Below are positions 18,241-28,116 of a stretch of DNA of 64,000 nt, piece by piece (position 1 is the stretch's first letter; the number at the start of each line of letters is the position of its first letter). The DNA is taken from assembly GCA_007116155.1 (NCBI GenBank), contig SKJC01000006.1:31951-95950 (forward strand). Reading direction: 5' to 3'. A program made the position numbers and the translations under genes. Below the pieces are notes generated by a model. That model did no database searches, was not told the origin of the DNA, and was given only the letters and a program-made list of their open reading frames with translations. This stretch comes from Candidatus Babeliaceae bacterium. Its GTDB lineage: Bacteria; Babelota; Babeliae; Babelales; Babelaceae.

Positions 18241-19888
18241 TCCCTAACAAATCAAAACAAACGCCAAGCTGTTCCCGAACTAATGAAATCAACGCCAACC
18301 GCCGTCGCGATTGCTCTGGATAATCTACATCAAGAACCCTTTGCGCTGCATAAAATGCATGAAATTGCTGCGCCAACTCCAACGCATAATACGTCAGCAA
18401 GTGCGCCTGATAACTATGCGCTATAGTCAACAATAACGATCTTAAAGAGAATATTTTGCGCAACAATACTTTCTCTTCAGGCGAGAAGGCTTTTGCGTCT
18501 TGAATTGAAAATGAAGCAATTTGCGGGTGTTTTTTAGCACGATCTAAGATGCTTCCAATCCGCACGTATGCATACTGCAAATAGAAAACCGGATTTTCAT
18601 CCGTACGACGCAAGGCAAGAGCTAAATCAAAATCTAAGTGCGCGTCAGCTTTTCTATGCAAGTAAAAGAATCGGGCAACATCAGCACCCACGGTATCAAT
18701 AATATCCTTCAAAGAAACAATGCGACCCGCTCGCTTAGAGAGTCGTAAAACCTCTCCATCTTCCTTGACCGTAACCAACTGATATAAAATCACATCAAGC
18801 TGATCCGCCGAATATCCGAGCGCCTGCAAAATGCCCTTTAAGCGCACAACATAACTATGATGATCTTGGCCTAACACCATAATTAACCGATCTGCACCAC
18901 GCTCTAATTTATTCAGCATATAGGCAACATCAGCAGCCACATAGGTATATTCACCATTTGCACGACGCAACACACGATCTTTATCGTCACCAAAAGTCAT
19001 AGACCTAAACCAGAGCGCACCATCTAACTCATACGTATGATCACGATCAATAAGCATTTGAATAGCTGTATCAACCGCATGTGAAGCATGCAATGTTCGC
19101 TCAGAAAACCAAACGTCAAAATTAATTTTATATGCCGCAAGGGTCTCTTCTTGTTCTTCTCGCAAACGGTGATAGGCATACTCTGAAAAAAAGACGATAT
19201 CGTTTGTTGCCAACGCAGCAGAAACATTAGCAGGTGAGACTGACAACATTTCACGGGCAACATCAATCAAATATTCCCCGTGATACGCATCTTCCGGCAA
19301 CTCAATTGACTCGCCTAACAACTGACGACATCGAGCAGCAAGCGACTTTCCCAATGTTTGAATCTGTTTGCCTGCATCATTTACATAAAATTCTTTAGTA
19401 ACAGGGTTGCGTAGAAAGCGAAGCACATTTCCAACAACATCACCAATGATGCCACCTCGCCCATGCCCAATATGTAGCGGGCCTGTAGGATTTGCACTTA
19501 CAAATTCCACCGAATAGGAATGTTTTACATAGGCATTTGCCGGCTGTAATGCAAGATTAATATCTTTAAAATACCGCTCTACTTCTTGAACAAATGCGGC
19601 ATCAGTAAGAAAAAAATTCAAAAAGCCTGGCCCTGCAACCTCAATGCGATTGACTAGCTCATGAGAAAAACCAGTCGCAATATCCTGGGCTATTTGCTTG
19701 GGCGCTTTGCCAACAATTCGCGCAAGAACCATTGCCGCATTAGAAGAAACATCACCGAAATCTGGTTTACTAGCATCATCTTGCAGCGTCAATGCAACAA
19801 CAGACAAAGCACGTTCATCCAGGGAAAAATGCTCCCGCAAAAATGAAAAAAACGCTGTTTGTAACAACTCAAACACAGATTCCATATT
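18218..19888 (-). CDS. argS: Arginyl-tRNA synthetase
   Basis: ANPTGPLHIGHGRGGIIGDVVGNVLRF (HIGH motif). The likely true start is MESVFELLQ at M17 of the ORF. Ends with TAG. Confidence 0.92.
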   Translation of the reverse strand, partial: NMESVFELLQTAFFSFLREHFSLDERALSVVALTLQDDASKPDFGDVSSNAAMVLARIVGKAPKQIAQDIATGFSHELVNRIEVAGPGFLNFFLTDAAFVQEVERYFKDINLALQPANAYVKHSYSVEFVSANPTGPLHIGHGRGGIIGDVVGNVLRFLRNPVTKEFYVNDAGKQIQTLGKSLAARCRQLLGESIELPEDAYHGEYLIDVAREMLSVSPANVSAALATNDIVFFSEYAYHRLREEQEETLAAYKINFDVWFSERTLHASHAVDTAIQMLIDRDHTYELDGALWFRSMTFGDDKDRVLRRANGEYTYVAADVAYMLNKLERGADRLIMVLGQDHHSYVVRLKGILQALGYSADQLDVILYQLVTVKEDGEVLRLSKRAGRIVSLKDIIDTVGADVARFFYLHRKADAHLDFDLALALRRTDENPVFYLQYAYVRIGSILDRAKKHPQIASFSIQDAKAFSPEEKVLLRKIFSLRSLLLTIAHSYQAHLLTYYALELAQQFHAFYAAQRVLDVDYPEQSRRRLALISLVREQLGVCFDLLGISSPEQM

Positions 19889-19905
19889 GATTATTCTCCA
19901 TACAA

Positions 19906-20718
19906 CTAACGGGCATTCGCAGCAATACGATCCCAAATCATCAGCAATTGTTGCATATCCATCTGCTGAGCACGCAACAACAAAAGCTCATCAGGAATTG
20001 CAGCGAGATCGTAATGATATGACTGAATATTATTTTTCAATGTACGTCGTGGTTGCGAAAAACAACGCCGAACAAACTTCCAAAACTCTTCTTCTTGAGG
20101 AATTTCAACGCGTTGCTCTCTCGGTTTAAAATAAACAAGACGCGAATCAACATTTGGCGCGGGCACAAAAACCGTCGGCGGCACCTTTGCTAACAATGCA
20201 AACTCAAATACATGTTGGAAAAACAACGAAACAAAACCGAGAGACCGCCCCCCAGTTGAGACCAATTTTTGTGCAACTTCCTCTTGAATCATAATAACAC
20301 CTTCCACAAAAATATGCGAAAAAGCGCGAAATCTATGAAGGATCGGAAACGTAACTTGATACGGCAAATTTGCCAAAACGGTCCAGTGACACGCGTCACC
20401 TAATTGCCGCAAATCTGCATCCAAAAAATTTTCACAGGATACCTGCAAGCGCGAATCCGGGAATTTTTCTTGCACATGTGCTGCCCATTCTGGGTCGATT
20501 TCAAATACACGCACGTGCTCAACAGGTTGCTGTAAGATAGCGCCTGTCAAAAATCCATCACCACAACCAATCTCTAACACATACGCAGGCGAAACAAGCT
20601 GAACATGCCGGATCATATCTCCAACAACAGATTCACTCCGCAAAAAATGCTGTCCGTGATGTTTTTTCATAGAAACGCCATGAAGTCGGGGATACGCCTT
20701 ATTAGAATGATATTTCAT
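19906..20718 (-). CDS. rsmA: 16S rRNA (adenine1518/1519-N6)-dimethyltransferase
   Basis: HGQHFLRS, LEIGCGDGFLT, ANLPYQVT motifs. Confidence 0.9.
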   Translation of the reverse strand: MKYHSNKAYPRLHGVSMKKHHGQHFLRSESVVGDMIRHVQLVSPAYVLEIGCGDGFLTGAILQQPVEHVRVFEIDPEWAAHVQEKFPDSRLQVSCENFLDADLRQLGDACHWTVLANLPYQVTFPILHRFRAFSHIFVEGVIMIQEEVAQKLVSTGGRSLGFVSLFFQHVFEFALLAKVPPTVFVPAPNVDSRLVYFKPREQRVEIPQEEEFWKFVRRCFSQPRRTLKNNIQSYHYDLAAIPDELLLLRAQQMDMQQLLMIWDRIAANAR

Positions 20719-20720
20719 AC

Positions 20721-21788
20721 TTAACCAAGCAATGTATCACGGAAGAAATCAAGATTTTCAAGCACTTTACCAGCTCCATTAACAACGCATAGCAATGGAT
20801 CTTTTGCTCGCTGTACTGGCAACCCAGTTTCACGAGCAATTAATTGATCCAGGCCTCGCAGCAAGGAACTTCCACCAGCAAGCATAATTCCTCGATCAAC
20901 TAAGTCAGATGAAAGCTCTGGCGGAGTATTTTCTAAGGCCACACGAACTACTTCAATAATGCTTGCAAGAGTTTCTAACTATGCTTCATTTACTTCTACA
21001 TTTGTTAGGACAATCATTTTTGGAACACCAGTGACTAAGTCGCGCCCCTTAACCTCCATTACCTGAACATCGCCCTCAACTAACACCGTACCAACGTTAA
21101 TCTTAATTTGCTCAGCCGTACGATCACCAATCAACAAGTTATACTTACGCTTTACATAATTAACAATTGCCTGATCCATTTCATCGCCACCAACGCGAAT
21201 AGATCGACAAAATACAACATCTTTCAAAGTAATAACAGCGACTTCAGTTGTACCACCACCAATATCTACAATCATGCTTCCTGTTGGTTCATGCACCGGC
21301 AGACCTGCCCCAATCGCCGCAGCCATTGGCTCCATAATAGTAAAAACTTCACGAGCGCCGGCTTCACGCGCCGAATCTTCAACTGCACGACATTCAACTT
21401 GCGTAATTCCCGAAGGAACACCAATAACCATGCGCGGACGAAACAAGGAACGCCGATCATTATTAGCGCGTAAAATAAAATACCGCAGCATGCTTTGCGC
21501 CAATTCAAAATTTGCAATAACACCATCGCGCATTGGTCGTGACGCAACAATACTCTCAGGTGTTTTTCCTAACATTTCTTTCGCTTCTCGCCCTACAGCA
21601 AGAACCGTTGTCGTTCCCGCTTTAACCGCAACAACAGATGGCTCATTTAAAACAATACCTTGCCCAGGAACATATACCACCGTATTCGCTGTACCAAGAT
21701 CAATGGCAACATCGCTCGAAAATAGACGAGACAGCCGACGCGCCGGCAAAAAATGCTTAATAAACTTTTTAACCACTATACCACCCAC
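20721..21788 (-). pseudogene. mreB: Rod-shape protein MreB interrupted by one in-frame TAG (plus-strand cta at 20979-20981). Reading through gives a full-length MreB of about 355 aa.
   Basis: Upstream ORF: AIDLGTANTVVY...GGDEMDQAIVNYVKRKYNLLIGDRTAEQIK...VNEA. Then TAG, then LETLASIIEVVRVALENTPPELSSDLVDRGIMLAGGSSLLRGLDQLIARETGLPVQRAKDPLLCVVNGAGKVLE, all in the same frame. Against E. coli MreB the stop replaces a Leu (TTG to TAG). Confidence 0.85.
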
Positions 21789-23074
21789 TAAAAGGACGAC
21801 TCTAAACTTACTGATAAACCAACAGTCTTAAACGACCGCTTAGCCACAAACCATGCAGTTGGAACATCAACTGTTGCTGCGATCACCGGCTCCCAAGAAC
21901 GAATTTTTTTGCCACGACTAAAATCATATAAAACACCGACATGTATGCGCTCTGCACCCCAAGAAGATGCTTCTGAATAACGCTCGAGCACAGGACCTTT
22001 ACCTGCTTCTGCTGGAGCCCAATCCGCACAATGTACAGCATCTTTTGAATGCGTCACTAACGTATAACCAACCCGAAAACCGAGCCCATCACGCATTCCT
22101 TCAAACAACAGCCAGGGGGCAAGAGCAAATGTAAAACCTGGATCTACAGAAAAACTTCCAACAAGCGCACCAAACCGCCATGGTTCTTTATCAACACTCA
22201 TACGCTCTTCAATCAAGGCCCCGCCTAAGCGACGTTGAGCTCGAGCAAAACAGAAGAACCATATATCGCGCTTTAATAAAACTTCAACTGATCCCTCAGC
22301 ATATAAACCAAAATTAACACCACCAAAGCGTAATGATGCAGGATTATTAACATCCCGTTTGCGACCGGTAGGCAATACTGCCCCTAATTCAAAACCAAGT
22401 GAAAAATAACGGCACATATACTGATATTCTCGATTCATGCAAGCACGAACAAACAATTCTGTATCAGAAAAACCTGCACCTTGCCAGCAAGTAGAAGCAA
22501 TATCAAGCGCGTTATGCACATCGCCCTGTAAGGCAATTAACTCTTGCTCTTGTCCTAAACCATGAACAACTGGCTCAAAACGGCTCACATCACGAACAAG
22601 CTCCATATTGCTATCAATATTCAACAGCCCTGTTCTCGCACCAAAACCCCACCATGATCGAGGCGCAAAATAAGCATTCAACGCCAATCCTTGACCAACC
22701 ATACGTCCACGCATCACATAGGGACCTTCAAGTATTTCACGCTGCCATTCTGTTTTTAACAACGAAGTGTCGCGCCGACCAGATAAAACAATAGCATCGT
22801 CAAGATATCGAATACCATATGTATCACCATCATATGCAAACAAAGGGCACTCTTCTCCACGCTCGTCATAGGATTTATCAGCAAGAAGCGCATATGGCTG
22901 CAAAGAAATTGCGCATGTTTTTTGTTCACCCATCAGCGGATTACGCTCCAAAAATGGTACAAAAAAACGCTCATCAACCGTCATTGCCTTGATTATTCCA
23001 AATGCACATAAAGCAACAATGAGCCCTTTAAGAGGCGCAGGCTGCACTTTTAAAATTTGTATTGTATTTTTCAT
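21788..23074 (-). CDS. Putative outer-membrane beta-barrel protein (signal peptide, C-terminal Phe)
   Basis: N-terminal signal peptide. Alternating amphipathic stretches. Terminal ...VGLSVSLESSF. Confidence 0.5.
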   Translation of the reverse strand: MKNTIQILKVQPAPLKGLIVALCAFGIIKAMTVDERFFVPFLERNPLMGEQKTCAISLQPYALLADKSYDERGEECPLFAYDGDTYGIRYLDDAIVLSGRRDTSLLKTEWQREILEGPYVMRGRMVGQGLALNAYFAPRSWWGFGARTGLLNIDSNMELVRDVSRFEPVVHGLGQEQELIALQGDVHNALDIASTCWQGAGFSDTELFVRACMNREYQYMCRYFSLGFELGAVLPTGRKRDVNNPASLRFGGVNFGLYAEGSVEVLLKRDIWFFCFARAQRRLGGALIEERMSVDKEPWRFGALVGSFSVDPGFTFALAPWLLFEGMRDGLGFRVGYTLVTHSKDAVHCADWAPAEAGKGPVLERYSEASSWGAERIHVGVLYDFSRGKKIRSWEPVIAATVDVPTAWFVAKRSFKTVGLSVSLESSF

Positions 23075-23231
23075 ATACTAGCTTCCTACTTGGAAAATAC
23101 TACGTTCCTTTCATACTAGTAAGGATACGATGTTTCCTATTTTTTAAAAGTAAAAGCGAAGGTTGCTGGAGTATGTCTTCTATGTTACTACTATCGTGTA
23201 CTAAGTACTCGAATTCTTCGGGAGAGGTATA

Positions 23232-24656
23232 ATGTCCAATTCTTCTGTCCAAGCCGTATTGTTAGCCGCCGGAAAATCAGCGCGCTTTAACACTAAAAAA
23301 ACAAAACTTTGCCACATCATTTGCGGACAGGAATTAATCGCCTATCCCGCAAAGCTACTTGCTCGCATGCATATCCCTACAACTTGTATTGTGTCTCACC
23401 AAAAAGAGGATATTATCGCGACTCTAGCCTGTCATGATATTCCTAATATATCATACGTAGATCAAGGAGAACCTAAAGGAACAGGGCATGCACTCTTAAC
23501 AGCGCTACCAAGTCTTTCCGCACAACACGTTCTTGTTATGAACGGGGATGTTCCGCTTATTACCGAAGAATTGCTTACCCTATTACTAGAAAAACATATA
23601 AAAGAAGAAGCTGCCGCCTCTTTTATCATTTCTCACAGCTTCTCTCCATCATCAAGCGGCTATGGTCGGGTGATTAAGCAAGGTGAAAGTGTCGAAATTG
23701 TTGAAACAAAATATAATCCCGATCTTAGCAGCGAAAGCGGCTTTATTAATGCCGGGATTTATATCTTCAAAAAATCATTTTTAGATAACACCCTACCCAA
23801 TATCACGCCAAACAACGAATCTGGAGAACTCTACATAACCGACCTTATTGGAGCAGCCAATGCACAAGGCGGTCGAGTTTGCACCATTACAGCACCATTT
23901 GACAGTATTCGCGGCGTCAATACCCTTAAGGATCTCTGGGCAGTCGAACACATCAAGCGATCCGAGCTCATTACTCACTGGATGAATCAAGGCGTTCGCT
24001 TTATTGCCGCGCAAAACGTTTATCTCGACTTAAATGTGTCAATCGAAAATGACACTGTTATCTGGCCCGGCTGTATTTTAACAGGAAATACCCATATCGG
24101 ACATGGTTGCACTATCGGCGCATACTCGTGCATTACCGACAGCACCATTCATGATGGCGCGCTCATTCATCCACACAGTTTCATTTTAAACTCGATCGTT
24201 CATCAAAGCGCCGAAATTGGACCATTTGCCAAGTTGCGCCTAAGCTCCGTGGGGGAACGCACAATCATTGGAAACTTTGTCGAAATGAATCGAAGCTCAG
24301 CAGGCGCCCGAACAAAAGCAAAACACTTAACCTACCTGGGTGATACGTGTATTGGCATGCAAGCTAATATTGGTGCCGGTACCATTACCTGCAATTACGA
24401 TGGCGTATCAAAACATAAAACCGTTATCAAAGACCGCGCTATGATCGGCAGCAACAATGCCTTAATTGCGCCAATAACTATTGGTAAAAATGCAGTAACC
24501 GGTGCAGGATCAGTTCTAACCGAAGACGTTCCAGATAATGCATTTTCAGTAAGTCGCTCGCCGCAAATAACAAAAGATCATTACTCAGAAACACTACGGC
24601 TTAACACACTAGCAAAAACCTACCTAAACGCACCAGAGAGCGAACCGACCACATGA
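23232..24656 (+). CDS. glmU: Bifunctional UDP-N-acetylglucosamine pyrophosphorylase / glucosamine-1-phosphate N-acetyltransferase
   Basis: AVLLAAGKSARF (nucleotidyltransferase motif). C-terminal hexapeptide repeats (IGHGCTIGAYSCI..., IGAGTITCNYDG...). Stop TGA overlaps the sbcD ATG. Confidence 0.9.
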   Translation: MSNSSVQAVLLAAGKSARFNTKKTKLCHIICGQELIAYPAKLLARMHIPTTCIVSHQKEDIIATLACHDIPNISYVDQGEPKGTGHALLTALPSLSAQHVLVMNGDVPLITEELLTLLLEKHIKEEAAASFIISHSFSPSSSGYGRVIKQGESVEIVETKYNPDLSSESGFINAGIYIFKKSFLDNTLPNITPNNESGELYITDLIGAANAQGGRVCTITAPFDSIRGVNTLKDLWAVEHIKRSELITHWMNQGVRFIAAQNVYLDLNVSIENDTVIWPGCILTGNTHIGHGCTIGAYSCITDSTIHDGALIHPHSFILNSIVHQSAEIGPFAKLRLSSVGERTIIGNFVEMNRSSAGARTKAKHLTYLGDTCIGMQANIGAGTITCNYDGVSKHKTVIKDRAMIGSNNALIAPITIGKNAVTGAGSVLTEDVPDNAFSVSRSPQITKDHYSETLRLNTLAKTYLNAPESEPTT

Positions 24657-25999
24657 TCTCTTTTATTCATACCGCTGACTTACATTTTGGGGTAGAAAAC
24701 TATGGCCGAGTGGATTCCATAACCGGGATCCACTCCCGACTACTCGATTTCAATAGAGCCTTTTCCTTTGTCATATCCACGGCAATTGAAAAGCAAGTTG
24801 ATTTTTTTCTTTTCTGTGGCGATGCCTATAAAACAGCAAACCCAACACCAACGCAACAACGACTACTTATTGAAAACCTACTCCGCCTATATCAAGCAAG
24901 CATTCCGGTGGTGTTAATCGTTGGAAATCATGACCTACCAGGTAGCTTTGGAAAATCAAACGCACTTGATATTTTTGCACACCTGCCCATTGAAGGATTT
25001 CACGTTATTGCAAAACCGACACTATTACCGCTACAAACACAACATGGAACTATTCAAATTATCGGCATTCCCTGGCCTTCACGCAATACTATTTCATTAA
25101 ACAAAAATTTCAATACAAGTAGCAGTCAAACAACCACCATAATATCCGACTCAATAACTGCCATTATTGCAAAACTTCATACACAAAGAGATCATAATCT
25201 ACCCACTATCCTTGCGGGCCATCTAACAGCAAGTACAGGTCTATTTTCTGGCTCAGAAAAATCTGCAACAACTGGTCAAGATCCTCTTATACTTCCATCG
25301 CAACTGGCGCTACCGGGAATTCAATATGCAGCACTAGGACACCTACACCGATATCAACAGATCAACCCAAACAAAACACCACCTGTCGTCTACTCCGGCT
25401 CAATAGAGCGAATCGATTTTGGTGAAGCTCGAGACACTAAAGGATTTTGCTTGGTAACACTTGAAAACGAAAACACCAACGTAGAGTTTATACCAACACC
25501 TACTCGTCCATTCATAGAAATAACTGTCACCCTTACTGTAGATAAAGACCCTACGGAACAGATTATTCAGCAAATACAAAAATACGATATTCAAGACGCC
25601 GTTCTAAAGCTCTATTATATCTTACCCTCAGAGGCAACCACCCCAATACAGATGCGCGCAATCCAAGCCGCATGCTCAACTGCGCATTATATTGCAGGAA
25701 TTATACCAATCATCCCCAAAAAACCGAAATCAACACGATCAACCATAGCAACAAGCGTAAGCATACCTGAAGCCTTAGAACAATTTTTAAAGTTGCAAAA
25801 TATAGCAGATCTAAAAACCCAACGAATTCAGAAAAAGCTGAATCAAATTGTTGCGATAACAGAAGAAAAAATAGATATCACAACAATTATGGCGCAATTT
25901 GAATTAAGCGAAAAACAACCTACTCGGGTGCCGCTTCCGCCACAACATCAAGATTTTCCTCCGCCCCAAAAATCGCCTCTCGATCAGTCGTATATGTAA
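24653..25999 (+). CDS. sbcD: SbcD/Mre11-family nuclease (calcineurin-like phosphoesterase)
   Basis: IHTADLHFG, FLFCGDAYK, VVLIVGNHDLP, GHLH motifs. No sbcC-like gene follows. Confidence 0.8.
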   Translation: MISFIHTADLHFGVENYGRVDSITGIHSRLLDFNRAFSFVISTAIEKQVDFFLFCGDAYKTANPTPTQQRLLIENLLRLYQASIPVVLIVGNHDLPGSFGKSNALDIFAHLPIEGFHVIAKPTLLPLQTQHGTIQIIGIPWPSRNTISLNKNFNTSSSQTTTIISDSITAIIAKLHTQRDHNLPTILAGHLTASTGLFSGSEKSATTGQDPLILPSQLALPGIQYAALGHLHRYQQINPNKTPPVVYSGSIERIDFGEARDTKGFCLVTLENENTNVEFIPTPTRPFIEITVTLTVDKDPTEQIIQQIQKYDIQDAVLKLYYILPSEATTPIQMRAIQAACSTAHYIAGIIPIIPKKPKSTRSTIATSVSIPEALEQFLKLQNIADLKTQRIQKKLNQIVAITEEKIDITTIMAQFELSEKQPTRVPLPPQHQDFPPPQKSPLDQSYM

Positions 26000-26942
26000 A
26001 ATCAAGTAAAGCAGAATCAAGTAACATTTGCTGATACTCCTGCATAACCATCGCAAAACGCTGCTGACCCAAGATAGATGCTATTTCATCGAATCGATCT
26101 TCTGCCGGTATCTCAATCCGCTCTCTCTTCTCAATTAAGCGAGTTATCTCTACTCCCTCTTCGAAAGGCTCCCTACCGACCACTGTCCCAACAGCTGCAT
26201 CGCGCAAAAACAGTTTGTCTTCAGGTAGCTCAGAATCACCGATAACAAACGAATCTTCCCAGGGCAAAGCATGTAACTCTTCACAAGAAAAATCCTTCGT
26301 TAATACATCTTCATCAGATAGAACAACCTGCGCCAAAACAAAAGCAGGCTCAGTATAGCGAGGATTTTCTTTAGCATAGGCCAACAATTCTTCTTTTTGC
26401 ACAACCACACGCTTGTCTGAACGCACACGAAAATCCATTATTTGCTCAACAATTTGACGCCTACGAAGAGCCTCTAACCCCTCATCAAAGGAATAACCAA
26501 ACTCTTGAAACATGCGCATCATTTCATAGCGAGAGACACCTCGAGTCTTCTGCAGCTTCGCCATAAAATCTTCTGCATCTTCACGAGAAATAGATATACC
26601 TATTTTTTTTGCATCCAAAATCATAAGCTCTTCAAGAATCTTATCACGCAATGACGGAATACCACCGCCTAACAAAACATGCTCCACGTCCGACTTTGTA
26701 ATAATCTCAGCTCCATCAGCATGATAAATTGTTACCAAAATCTCATCAACCAAAAACGGGTCAATGCTCGTCTCTTGAGCTGCGTCAACCATAACTTCCT
26801 CGCCTCCGATATTTGAAGAAAAAGTCTCAGATTCAGCCCCATACATAAACCCACCAAGAGAAACAAGCAGCGCAACCCAAACAGGAATCGAAGTCATCAT
26901 AGCAATTATCCTTTCAAACAGATTTTCAGCAATCCGCCCCAA
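25920..26942 (-). CDS. SurA N-domain-like periplasmic chaperone (no obvious parvulin domain)
   Basis: Signal peptide from an internal Met (MMTSIPVWVALLVSLGGF). Helical SurA_N-like region. Overlaps the sbcD 3' end by 80 nt (convergent). Confidence 0.5.
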   Translation of the reverse strand: MGRIAENLFERIIAMMTSIPVWVALLVSLGGFMYGAESETFSSNIGGEEVMVDAAQETSIDPFLVDEILVTIYHADGAEIITKSDVEHVLLGGGIPSLRDKILEELMILDAKKIGISISREDAEDFMAKLQKTRGVSRYEMMRMFQEFGYSFDEGLEALRRRQIVEQIMDFRVRSDKRVVVQKEELLAYAKENPRYTEPAFVLAQVVLSDEDVLTKDFSCEELHALPWEDSFVIGDSELPEDKLFLRDAAVGTVVGREPFEEGVEITRLIEKRERIEIPAEDRFDEIASILGQQRFAMVMQEYQQMLLDSALLDFTYTTDREAIFGAEENLDVVAEAAPE

Positions 26943-26971
26943 TTATTTGCATATCAATGTATATAAAAAAG

Positions 26972-26999
26972 GGAGAGAAGAAAACCCTCTTCTCTCCCT
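26972..26999 (-). terminator. Rho-independent terminator for the 27034-28023 gene
   Basis: gggagagaag-aaaaccct-cttctctccc perfect 10-bp stem, followed on the minus strand by TTTTTT. Confidence 0.8.
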
Positions 27000-27033
27000 G
27001 CAATATGAAACTTTGGAAATTCTCGTATCGCGC

Positions 27034-28023
27034 TTATTCCTCTATAGCTGGTGCAAAATCAGCAACTTCGCAAGCTCCAAGACCAATAAGCTCTTGCATT
27101 GCTTCTTCATTTATCGCAGCCTGATATTCTTCCTTGAGCGTAGCCAACTTTTGCTGCAATTGAACACTAAAGCGCTCTGCCGCAATAATATCTTTTACCT
27201 CTTTAACAACATTTTCAAAGGGAACGAATGCTGGTTCGGTACGCGAAACACCATGAACCACATAGAATCCTTTTTTATCTGCCGTTGCAGTATAATCAAA
27301 GCCAGGAACATCTTTCATTCCCAAGACCTTTTGAACAACCATAAAATCAACATTCGATGCCCATGGACTTACCGCACCTAAATCTTCAAGGTTTGCTTTA
27401 ATTTCACTTGCAGCTTTCTTCAAACTTCCAAGCTTTTTCGCTTTTACAAGTAAATCTTTTGCAGCAGCCTCATTAGCAACTTTCACAGCGTGCGTCATTA
27501 CGCCATCAGGCTGCGAAATAAATGGGGGCCGACGGAAATTAAAGTTAGATTCTTTATTTTTTTCGTAGTAATCAGCAGCCTCTTCATCCGAAGGAGCAAG
27601 CTCAACGAGCATACGATTAACAAATTCACGAATGCGCAGCTGCCGCTCAACATCACGCATAACTTTATTCATCTCTTTAGCAAACTCTGGGGTAGTATCC
27701 CAGCCTTTTTCGCGAACATACGCTTCAATAACAGCGCCCTCTAAAAGACTTTCAGCAACACGCGAACAGATTGTCTGCTTATCTTTTGCAGGCATAGAAT
27801 CAAATGATTGATCCAATGCTTGCTGATGTTTTAATTGTTCAAATGTTTCTTTAAATTCATCTACAGTTACCGCTGTTTTTCCGTTTACAGTTACAAATGC
27901 AGGCCCAGATTGCGCGCTTTCTGATGGCTGATAGGAATTGCTTCCACCAAACCAACTACATGATGATAAAACCGCAAGCGTGGGAATTAAAAGCAATGCT
28001 AATGAAAATTGTCTGTTTACCAT
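27034..28023 (-). CDS. SurA/PrsA-like lipoprotein with degenerate parvulin-type PPIase domain
   Basis: Lipobox LAVLSSC. C-terminal region LGAVSPWASNVDFMVVQKVLGMKDVPGFDYTATADKKGFYVVHGV resembles the parvulin fold. Confidence 0.55.
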   Translation of the reverse strand: MVNRQFSLALLLIPTLAVLSSCSWFGGSNSYQPSESAQSGPAFVTVNGKTAVTVDEFKETFEQLKHQQALDQSFDSMPAKDKQTICSRVAESLLEGAVIEAYVREKGWDTTPEFAKEMNKVMRDVERQLRIREFVNRMLVELAPSDEEAADYYEKNKESNFNFRRPPFISQPDGVMTHAVKVANEAAAKDLLVKAKKLGSLKKAASEIKANLEDLGAVSPWASNVDFMVVQKVLGMKDVPGFDYTATADKKGFYVVHGVSRTEPAFVPFENVVKEVKDIIAAERFSVQLQQKLATLKEEYQAAINEEAMQELIGLGACEVADFAPAIEE

Positions 28024-28116
28024 ACTAACCCTCTATTGACCCTAATGAATAGTAACAATCATCCATATCAATGGGGAATACTAGCACAGATCAAGTTACA
28101 TTACAAAAAAATAAAT

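Noticed and set aside
20721-21788. Considered whether the in-frame TAG in mreB means TAG is reassigned genome-wide.
   Set aside because: argS (stop at 18218-18220), the 10512 ORF and the 14105 ORF all terminate at TAG exactly where homology or length says they should. TGA is also a working stop, as at the glmU/sbcD junction. A local explanation is more likely.
23185-23231. Inverted repeat cgTGTACTaAGTACtcg just upstream of glmU, and tccttTCATACTAGTAaGGA at 23123-23143.
   Set aside because: The arms are short (7-8 bp) with mismatches in an AT-rich spacer, which is within chance expectation. No second copy was found to suggest a regulon.
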